39,180 bases of DNA from Patescibacteria group bacterium (GTDB lineage: Bacteria > Patescibacteriota > Microgenomatia > UBA12405 > JAHJSD01): contig JAHJSD010000078.1 of NCBI GenBank assembly GCA_018830585.1, positions 1 through 39,180 of the forward strand, written 5' to 3'. Positions 1-6,834 of the stretch are shown here, piece by piece. A model generated the notes under the pieces. The model saw only the letters and a program-made list of their open reading frames with translations, did no database searches and was not told the DNA's origin. The translations under genes and the position numbers were made by a program. How positions within the stretch are numbered: the stretch's first letter is position 1; every line of letters starts with the position of its first letter.

Positions 1-2
1 AA

Positions 3-374
3 TTTACTCCGGGGGAAATCGCTAAAATGGTCAGAAAATACTTTAAAAAAGTTGAAATTAAAGGATTGATTTGCCTAAACGAAGCATTCGAGGAGAGCCG
101 AAAAGAAGTGATGGCTACTTTTAGGCATAAATTGGCAGTTTTTTTAAAAAAAAGCAGGTTGGTTTGCGAAATTTTGGCGTTTTTGCCCGGGGGTTTTAAG
201 AGACGCTTGACCGGCGAGGCTAAATTAGAGAAGCTGATACCGAAGGAGTCGGATTTTGACTATACCGCGGTAAATGTCGATCAGGGGGAAAATCTTTTAA
301 TAGTTGCATCACACCCCGGGGGTGTGATGAATCACATCATAGGAACTAATTCCATCCTGGAAGTGAAAACCTAA
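3..374 (+). CDS. hypothetical protein, C-terminal part (frame open to left window edge)
   Basis: ORF track 27..374. The same frame has no stop back to nt 3 (FTPGEIAK precedes the listed Met), so the gene probably starts outside the window. No motif recognised. The last codons run through a CACACCCCGGGGGTGTG palindrome (310-326) of the family also seen at 15.8 and 17.4 kb. Confidence 0.35.
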   Translation, partial: FTPGEIAKMVRKYFKKVEIKGLICLNEAFEESRKEVMATFRHKLAVFLKKSRLVCEILAFLPGGFKRRLTGEAKLEKLIPKESDFDYTAVNVDQGENLLIVASHPGGVMNHIIGTNSILEVKT

Positions 375-400
375 AATAATTTAGGATTGTAATAATTCTT

Positions 401-715
401 GTTACCCCAGCACCGGTCCCGCAGTTGCGGGGCGGGGTGGAGCGAAGGATCCCTCTGAAAATAGTGATTTGCTTACACAAGGGCCGCGCCCGCCAGACAC
501 CGCCTGCTCGCCATCGCTATGCTCAGGCGTTAGCGGGCGAGAGCCGTCAGGCGATGCGGGCGGGGATCCTTCGTCGTCGGAACTTCCCCGTACCAGAGGG
601 TACAGGGCTTCGCTCAGGATGACGAGGTTGTTCCAAACGGGATCCTTTGTCATCATCCCGACGTTGCGTCGGGGTCAGAATGATGGGTGGGTAGAATTCC
701 CCAGGATGACGAAAG
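401..715. repeat. cluster of GC-rich nested palindromic repeat modules
   Basis: Contains units that recur elsewhere in the window: CCCGACGTTGCGTCGGG (657-673), CCCCGTACC..GGTACAGGG (586-607), and GGGCCGCGCCCGCCA...GCGGGCGGGGATCCTTCGTC (481-575). The three overlapping track ORFs here (402-656-, 425-622+, 469-762+) are Arg/Gly/Pro/Cys-rich repeat translations. Confidence 0.8.
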
Positions 716-731
716 AAAAACAGAACCCTTT

Positions 732-763
732 TTCTCAGTTTTTTCTCAGTTTTGATTTATAAT
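732..763 (+). promoter_or_regulatory. direct repeat TTCTCAG-N4-TTCTCAG (732-738, 743-749) followed by TATAAT (758-763)
   Basis: Two identical heptamers sit 11 bp apart centre to centre, directly upstream of a consensus -10 hexamer and the response-regulator ATG at 773. The same arrangement recurs at 10221-10251. Confidence 0.5.
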
Positions 764-772
764 ATGCCTGTA

Positions 773-1447
773 ATGAGGATTTTAGTGGTTGAGGACGAAC
801 ACAAGATCGCCAACTCGATTAAAAAGGGTTTAGAGCAGGAGTTATACGCGGTTGACCTTGCCTATGACGGCGAGGACGGTTTCGGTTTGGCGGCAACAGA
901 AGATTACGACCTGATTATTTTAGATTTGATGCTGCCCAAAATGGACGGTATGGAAATTTGCGCTAAGTTGCGCCAGGAAGAAAAAATCCATACCCCGATT
1001 CTGATTTTAACCGCCAGGGATCAAATTGATGATAAGGTTAAGGGTTTGAATCTTGGCGCCGACGATTATTTAACCAAACCATTTTCTTTTGCCGAGCTTT
1101 TAGCCCGAGTCAGGGCCTTGTCCAGAAGGCCGAAAAATGGGTTAAATACCTTGTTATCGGTTGGAGATTTAAGCTTAGATACCCTCAGCTTTGAGGTTAA
1201 ACGGGCCGGGAAAAGAGTAGCTTTGTCCAAGAGGGAGTTCTCCTTGCTGGAATACCTTTTAAGGCATAAAGGCAGGATTTTAACCAAAGAACAGATTATT
1301 AGTCATGTTTGGGATTACGACGCCGATGTTTTGCCTAATACGGTTGAAGTTTATATCGGTTACCTGAGAAAAAAAATTGACAAACCTTTTAAAAATAAGC
1401 CCTCTTTAATCCAGACGGTCAGGGGTTTTGGATATAAAATAGGTTAG
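773..1447 (+). CDS. OmpR/PhoB-family response regulator (receiver + winged-helix DNA-binding domain)
   Basis: Receiver motifs MRILVVEDE, DLIILDLMLPKMDG and LILTARD. C-terminal trans_reg_C-like LSKREFSLLEYLL...TVRGFGYKI. The track start 752 is a TTG; the ATG at 773 gives the canonical MRILVVEDE N-terminus. Confidence 0.9.
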   Translation: MRILVVEDEHKIANSIKKGLEQELYAVDLAYDGEDGFGLAATEDYDLIILDLMLPKMDGMEICAKLRQEEKIHTPILILTARDQIDDKVKGLNLGADDYLTKPFSFAELLARVRALSRRPKNGLNTLLSVGDLSLDTLSFEVKRAGKRVALSKREFSLLEYLLRHKGRILTKEQIISHVWDYDADVLPNTVEVYIGYLRKKIDKPFKNKPSLIQTVRGFGYKIG

Positions 1448-1480
1448 GGAGGATTATAAATTTATCGATAGATTCTAACA

Positions 1481-1596
1481 ACTGGTTTCAAAACTCTTTA
1501 CGTCATTGCGAGGAGTGTTAACGACGCGGCAATCTAGCTTTAAAAACGAGATCGCCACACTCGCTTCACTCGTTCGCGATGACTTTTGAAACAGGT
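1481..1596. mobile_element. 116-bp foldback MITE-like element, copy 1
   Basis: Terminal inverted repeats GGTTTCAAAA / TTTTGAAAC, and the whole element is an imperfect long palindrome. It differs at 3 positions from the reverse complement of copy 3 (35881-35996). TTCTAA is present on both flanks (1474-1479 and 1597-1602). Confidence 0.8.
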
Positions 1597-1605
1597 TCTA
1601 AATAT

Positions 1606-2712
1606 ATGTTTCGCTCGGCAAGAATCAAACTAACCGGCTGGTACCTGCTGATTATTATGTCAATCAGTTTAGTCTTTAGCCTGATTATTTACCAGCTTAT
1701 CGGCGGAGAGATGGAACGCGGTTTTAGGCGGGTGGAAATGCGTTTTAGAGCCGGGGAATTGGGTATCCCGCTTCCTCGCCATTTTGCTTTTACCGAGAAA
1801 ATCAGCCCGCAGTTAGTTGAAGATTTGAGATTGGCCAAAAAAAAGCTGATCTTGGATCTTTTGGTTGTCGATGGCATAATTTTTGGTTTTTCGGCTACGG
1901 CAGGATATTTTTTAGCCGGTAAAACCCTAAGACCGATCGAGAAGGTGATGGAAGAACAAAAGAGATTTGTTGCCGACGCTTCCCATGAGTTAAGAACGCC
2001 GCTAACGGCGCTGAAAACTTCTATCGAAGTAGCTTTAAGGGAGAAGAGAATAACTGCCAAAGAGGCCAAGTCGGTTCTTAAAAGCAGTCTTGAGGATATC
2101 GCCGGGCTGGAGTCCCTGAGCAACAGTCTCTTGAAATTGGCCCGATACCAGCAGGGGAACGGCAGCCTTGTTTTTGAACCGGTAAATATTAATAAAGTGG
2201 CCAAAAACGCTTTTAAGAAAATTTCCCCTTTAGCCGAAAAGAAAAGAATAAGATTTAGAACCAGAACATCGGCTATTTCTCTTCAGGCCAATGAGCAGAG
2301 TTTAGAGGAGATGCTGGTTATTTTTTTAGATAATGCGGTTAAATATACTCCAAAAGGCGGCGCGGTATCGCTATCGGCGAAGTCAGACAAAAACAGTCTG
2401 GTTATTAAAGTAAAAGATACCGGTATCGGTATTTCAAAAGAAGAGATTCCTCATATATTTGACAGGTTTTATCGAGTTGACCAATCTCGAAGCCGCAAGC
2501 GCCTCCGAGGTGACAGGCTGGAGCGAAGCAAAAGCTCTGCCTTGCCGGCAGGCAGGCATGGCTCCTCGGATGGTGAAAGTGCAGGAGGTTTTGGTCTGGG
2601 TTTGTCATTGGCTAAAAGAATTATTGAATTACACAAAGGGTCGGTTGAGGTAGAAAGTACCAAGGGCAAAGGAACTACCTTTACCATCAAACTTCCTGTT
2701 AAACATTCATAA
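1606..2712 (+). CDS. sensor histidine kinase (two TM segments, HisKA + HATPase_c)
   Basis: H-box SHELRTPL, N-box LDNAVKYTP, G1 DTGIGI, F-box FDRFYRVD, G2 GGFGLGLS. The track start 1579 lies inside the MITE, so ATG 1606 (MFRSARIKL) is more plausible. Carries an extra ~29 codons between the F and G2 boxes (see findings). Confidence 0.9.
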   Translation: MFRSARIKLTGWYLLIIMSISLVFSLIIYQLIGGEMERGFRRVEMRFRAGELGIPLPRHFAFTEKISPQLVEDLRLAKKKLILDLLVVDGIIFGFSATAGYFLAGKTLRPIEKVMEEQKRFVADASHELRTPLTALKTSIEVALREKRITAKEAKSVLKSSLEDIAGLESLSNSLLKLARYQQGNGSLVFEPVNINKVAKNAFKKISPLAEKKRIRFRTRTSAISLQANEQSLEEMLVIFLDNAVKYTPKGGAVSLSAKSDKNSLVIKVKDTGIGISKEEIPHIFDRFYRVDQSRSRKRLRGDRLERSKSSALPAGRHGSSDGESAGGFGLGLSLAKRIIELHKGSVEVESTKGKGTTFTIKLPVKHS

Positions 2713-2735
2713 ACTATCGATGGATCCCGTCTTTC

Positions 2736-3090
2736 GCCGTCCTTAGCTTCAGCGACGGACGGCTACAGACGATTTCATCTACTACGTCTAGAGACTAAGA
2801 CTAAAAAGTTCAAAATCTGGGGTTCTATATTACAGTTACACAACGGCAGGAACGGGTACGACGAGGCATTTATCCACCTACGCAGAGAACCACGGTTGTC
2901 AGGCAGGGCTTCGAGGGACAGGTCCGTCTACGGGACTACGGCGAGACAAGGTCGGAACGATTTCAACTCTGCCGAAGAAACAAAAAATACCACGTCCGTG
3001 AGGGCGTGGAGTTTCATACCATACCTTGGTCTATTTTGTGCCTATGTATCAAGGTATTCAGGACCCGTCCCCGTTTCCCCGTTTCCGGTC
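2736..3090. ncRNA. candidate structured RNA of unknown class (strand undetermined)
   Basis: ORF-poor, GC-richer stretch with nested long-range complementarity: AACGG 2842-2846 / CCGTT 3079-3083; AACGGG 2851-2856 / CCCGTT 3070-3075; GCAGAG 2882-2887 / CTCTGC 2967-2972. Local hairpins at CCACG 2990-2994 / CGTGG 3005-3009, ATACCTTG 3021-3028 / CAAGGTAT 3050-3057, and GCCGTCC 2736-2742 / GGACGGC 2757-2763. No known RNA family could be assigned by eye. Confidence 0.3.
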
Positions 3091-3119
3091 TTGACTTATG
3101 GGATATCCTGTTTTAAGAT
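3091..3119 (+). promoter_or_regulatory. sigma70-like promoter TTGACT-17 bp-TAAGAT
   Basis: -35 at 3091-3096, 17-nt spacer, -10 at 3114-3119. The ATG at 3128 lies only 8 nt after the -10, so the transcript would be leaderless or nearly so. Confidence 0.4.
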
Positions 3120-3127
3120 GCGGGTAT

Positions 3128-3574
3128 ATGAGGGAAGTTTTTTTTGAAAAGCCAACATTGTCGCAGGAAGATGCAGTGGGTGCAGCGAGAAAATTGATGG
3201 GTGAGTTACAGTTGGCGCTTCAAGGATCGAGGGAAGCTACTGATGCTTCGGTAACTCATTTTATAGGCGAGTATGATCGAGAGACTATGAGATATGAGAA
3301 GAGGGGGCAGAAGATAAGTGTGGTGAGATTTCAACCCGGAGAGATACGAGTTGATGCAGTAAGATTGGTTGAAGGCGATGGTAAGATTGTTTTTTCTCGT
3401 AAATCCCTGGGTTTGGATGTTAGGACACCTGGTCCGACGAAAGTGGGGTATGCTGTTGAGTGGTTTAATTACGCGGAGCAGAGAGAGGGAGAGGATGTCC
3501 GCTCGAGGGGGGTTCATGCGATAAATACTCCAAGAGCTGTTAACAGGGTAAGAAGATTTCTTGATAGTTTATAG
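3128..3574 (+). CDS. hypothetical protein
   Basis: ORF track 3098..3574; start moved to ATG 3128 (MREVFFEK) behind the promoter-like signal. No motif recognised. Codon and GC usage look richer in G/C than neighbouring genes. Confidence 0.5.
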   Translation: MREVFFEKPTLSQEDAVGAARKLMGELQLALQGSREATDASVTHFIGEYDRETMRYEKRGQKISVVRFQPGEIRVDAVRLVEGDGKIVFSRKSLGLDVRTPGPTKVGYAVEWFNYAEQREGEDVRSRGVHAINTPRAVNRVRRFLDSL

Positions 3575-3631
3575 TTTCACTTTTCGGACAATACACCCTC
3601 CAGGTGTATTTCAGGTGTATTTCTAGTACTT

Positions 3632-5908
3632 CTAACGACAACCATCGGTTCCCCAGTTTCTAATGATCACGTCTAAATCTAAGACATTAATTTTATTATC
3701 CTTAAATAGGTCTTGTTCAGATTTTTGGGGAACTTGACCCCAGATTTTTATCAAGATAATCAAGTCTTTCGAATTGACCACTCCGTCTTGATTAAGATCG
3801 GTCGGGCAGTCAGCGGTTGGCGTGATGGTCGGGACATGAGATTTAAAATCAAAGTTTTTTAGGGTGTCAAAAACCGGCCTGCGGCAAACCCGGTTAAAAG
3901 GAACGGCAAAAGAGGTCGGCTGACATTGATCATTATAAGTAGTGGCCGGCGAAAACGAATTAAAGTCATCTGTCCACCAATGGGTGTTCATGTTGGTAAA
4001 ATCGGTACCTGTTCGTCCCCAGTAGCGATTACCGGCAATAAAGCTTTCGTAAATGACGTTTCCTTCTTGGACAAAATAATGAGCATCAATTCCTGCTGAT
4101 GGCGGGTGAGGAAATCGGGAGTTATTACTGGTATGGCCGCTGAAATAGTTTTTTAAAAGGCCGTGAGTGAAATTACCGAGTTGGCTGATATCGGGCGCGT
4201 AACGAAGCCAATACTCATTTCCGGCAGTGGTAAATTCAATATATTGAGGAGTGCCGTTAACGCTGATTCTGCTTATATTACGAGAATCAAGATTGGTAAA
4301 ATAAGGCCGGGTCGGGTAAATATCCCAGGCTGATTTGAGGGTGTTTGAATACCAGGCGCCCGGGAGAAAACTAATGGCTTCGCCATTGATAGATAAATCT
4401 AAAAGGCGATACCAATATTTGTTGCCCAGAGTGATCGATTCCCGAAGAGAGTTGCCGTATTCATAAAAATATTGAGTTGCTATCGCGCCATTTTTTTGGC
4501 TGGTAATTTCTGTCGGATAGTTAAGAGAAGTTAAAGAATAATGATTCCATTGACCAGCCTGAACTGGTGATAAGGAATAAATTTTTCTGACCCAAAGATT
4601 CTGGGGCATCGTCTGTATTTCCAACATCTGGCCCTGATACCAGAAAAGATTATGGGCTTGCATTTTGGGCCTGATAAGCAAACCTGAATCCCATTGAGGG
4701 ATGACTTCAAGAAGGAAATGAGACCAATTATAGATATTTGCATTAACTAAAGAAGTAAAAATAGCCGATGTATTTTGAGCAATTGTTTGTTCTGATAAGA
4801 CGCCTCTGACTCCCCAGATACCGGCTTCAGTCATAGCTAGTGACTTGCTTTCCCAGCCGGAAAAAGAATGGAGGTAAGGCACTAGATTGCCAATAGTCGT
4901 ACTCGGAAAAAAAGAACCAGGTCGTTCAGCCGCCGAAGGCTGTTGGGAAGGAGGCAGGTGGTTATAGTAAAGATAGGGGTGGTAGCCAAGATGGTCAAAA
5001 AGCAGTTCTTGATTGTGGGTAAAGGTAAGCCAACTTGACGGCGTTCTATTATCGTTGGCAGCGCAGTTTGCTTGGTTGCACCCGGGATCAGGGCCAAGTA
5101 AAGGACTTAGATTGCCAACAATCACTTCTGCCGAAGGATTTTTATTCTTGATTGCCTGGTAAGCATGGTTGAGGAAAGCTATTCTTGAGGCTAAACCGGT
5201 CGTGTCCTGAGGAGATTCATCAGCTATATTTTGTTCATTGCCCAAAATAAAATATTTGACCTTCGGTAAGCCGCCGTGGGTACCGTTATATCGATCAGCT
5301 AAAGCGGCCATGAATTCTTGATAAGTATTAGAAGAAGCGCCACCATAAGTTACTTGGCGAAATTCTTTTTTTAAGGTGGAATTAGGCGTCATATCTACAC
5401 AGTGGGGATTGGGTTCGTAGACCGGCGGGTTTTTAACTGCCCAGCGAGGCGGTCCATAACTACCAAGGAGAGGTTCAATTCCATTTTGTTTAAGTAAAGT
5501 GATCACCCTGTCAAGTTCGGCAAAGTCATAATTGGGATCGTTCCAGTTACCAAGATTGATATTGATCGGGCTGTTTCCCAAAGAAACCCCGGGATATCGA
5601 GTGACAATATTATCCCAGCCGGCAGGACCGGTTCCACCAATAACAACCCAGTCTAAACCCAGCTCAAGGTAGTATCTAATGTCATCATCGCTAATAGTTC
5701 TTCTCATCGGTGGATCGCCAAAACCGAAAAAGGGGTTGTCGGGATAACCGGGGATATTGCCGCAACCTTCCTCAAAAGTCTCGGTCACGCCCTTACCGGT
5801 TAACATGGCACAGACAGGATGACGGCGGGCAGTCAGAAGAAAACTGATACTTAGAAGACTCAAAAAAAGCAACATTGACCTTATGTTTACCAACTTCTTA
5901 TTAAGCAT
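3632..5908 (-). CDS. secreted clan GH-A-like glycoside hydrolase with three internal G-N-x-Y-W repeats and a C-terminal dockerin
   Basis: Signal-like N-terminus from Met-29 (MLNKKLVNIRSMLLFLSLLSISFLL, start 5908). YFILGNEQN (acid/base NE) and LAMTEAGIWG (nucleophile E) fit a (beta/alpha)8 clan A hydrolase. C-terminal DLNQDGVVNSKDLIILIKIWG and DLFKDNKINVLDLDVIIRNWG form a two-segment dockerin. Confidence 0.7.
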   Translation of the reverse strand: MLNKKLVNIRSMLLFLSLLSISFLLTARRHPVCAMLTGKGVTETFEEGCGNIPGYPDNPFFGFGDPPMRRTISDDDIRYYLELGLDWVVIGGTGPAGWDNIVTRYPGVSLGNSPININLGNWNDPNYDFAELDRVITLLKQNGIEPLLGSYGPPRWAVKNPPVYEPNPHCVDMTPNSTLKKEFRQVTYGGASSNTYQEFMAALADRYNGTHGGLPKVKYFILGNEQNIADESPQDTTGLASRIAFLNHAYQAIKNKNPSAEVIVGNLSPLLGPDPGCNQANCAANDNRTPSSWLTFTHNQELLFDHLGYHPYLYYNHLPPSQQPSAAERPGSFFPSTTIGNLVPYLHSFSGWESKSLAMTEAGIWGVRGVLSEQTIAQNTSAIFTSLVNANIYNWSHFLLEVIPQWDSGLLIRPKMQAHNLFWYQGQMLEIQTMPQNLWVRKIYSLSPVQAGQWNHYSLTSLNYPTEITSQKNGAIATQYFYEYGNSLRESITLGNKYWYRLLDLSINGEAISFLPGAWYSNTLKSAWDIYPTRPYFTNLDSRNISRISVNGTPQYIEFTTAGNEYWLRYAPDISQLGNFTHGLLKNYFSGHTSNNSRFPHPPSAGIDAHYFVQEGNVIYESFIAGNRYWGRTGTDFTNMNTHWWTDDFNSFSPATTYNDQCQPTSFAVPFNRVCRRPVFDTLKNFDFKSHVPTITPTADCPTDLNQDGVVNSKDLIILIKIWGQVPQKSEQDLFKDNKINVLDLDVIIRNWGTDGCR

Positions 5909-6060
5909 TAAATAATTAAAAGAGAAAATAACCGTTTTATGCCTTAAAGCAATAAATTTGCTTAAAGGTTTATTTATTTTAAAAATAATCAACGAAACTG
6001 ATGATAATTCTGAATAGGGACGGGGACAGGTTTGTCAAGATATACGGTATTAAATCATTA

Positions 6061-6238
6061 GATCTTTTTATACTGAGCGGAATTAAATTTTTTGAGCGCC
6101 AATAATTTCTATCCGGACCATGGAACCCCACGGGTAAACCCGTGGCCTGCCTGCCCTCCTACCGGCGGGTAAACCGGCAGGCCCTGCACCAGACGGTACG
6201 GGGCAGGCAGGTTTTCTTGGTTCACGTATAAAAAGATG
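6061..6238. mobile_element. composite MITE-like element with 12-bp terminal inverted repeats and an 88-bp GC-rich palindromic insert
   Basis: ATCTTTTTATAC (6062-6073) and GTATAAAAAGAT (6226-6237). The inner part 6124-6211 is absent from the related inverted copy at 15648-15679. Confidence 0.6.
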
Positions 6239-6453
6239 TTAGACTATTTCTTGTATCTTTATCAACAACTCCCTGTCCCTAAGTAGCTAAGTACTCTAAG
6301 TAACTTGATTTTACGGGATATTTTGTTGGTTATAATAGTTTACGTTGGTTACCCCCACTTCGGTTGATTTATAATCTTAAAGGTATTGACTTCGAAATTT
6401 GTAAAGCAAGCCCCTACTTCATTAATTACTCAAACTTGAGTAAAATGTGACTT

Positions 6454-6834
6454 ATGGACAGTAAAAAAGTAATTGATGAATTAAAGAGAAAATATCCGGG
6501 TAAAAAAATTATCAAGAATGGTGAAGATAATCCTTCCGAGATACTTTGTGAGGTTGACCCTTCAACAAATCATCCAGAATACAGCTTGGCGGTAGCGGTG
6601 ATTGACAAAAGCCTTCCCCATTCCCACAAGAAGACAACGGAAACTTATAAAGTTACTAAAGGAAAGCTGGCTTTGTTTATTGACAACAAGAGACATGAGT
6701 TAAAAGAGGGCGAAGAGTTAATCATTAAACCTGGCTGGGTACATTGGGCAAAGGGAAATGAAATATGGGTTGAGTGCTATTCTGAGCCTGGTTGGACTTT
6801 TGAAGACCATATTTTGGAGGAGGTGAGTAATTGA
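6454..6834 (+). CDS. cupin domain protein
   Basis: 126 aa; cupin_2-like core KGKLALFIDNKRHELKEGEELIIKPGWVHWA. The stop overlaps the next start (TGATG at 6832-6836). Confidence 0.65.
   Translation: MDSKKVIDELKRKYPGKKIIKNGEDNPSEILCEVDPSTNHPEYSLAVAVIDKSLPHSHKKTTETYKVTKGKLALFIDNKRHELKEGEELIIKPGWVHWAKGNEIWVECYSEPGWTFEDHILEEVSN

Noticed and set aside
402-762. Three overlapping track ORFs (402-656-, 425-622+, 469-762+) in the first repeat cluster. Similar ones occur at 16543-16779+, 16628-16858-, 16972-17172+, 20846-21046-, 32317-33030-, 32508-32759- and 33023-33247-.
   Set aside because: They lie entirely in GC-rich palindromic repeats and overlap each other on both strands. They have Arg/Gly/Pro/Cys-rich products (recurrent PACRQAG, SEAKNL-type strings) and no start signals, so they are repeat translations rather than genes.
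2736-3090. tmRNA or RNase P RNA on the minus strand, based on short strings GAAGCCCTGCCTG, AAACTCCAC and TAGAACCCCAGA.
   Set aside because: It lacks the diagnostic elements: no GGAAAGUCC (CR-I), no GNRA-rich CR-II, no tRNA-like acceptor/T-arm (GGTTCGA..CCA), and no alanine-ending tag ORF. At about 350 nt, those few matches are too weak, so it is kept only as an unclassified structured-RNA candidate.
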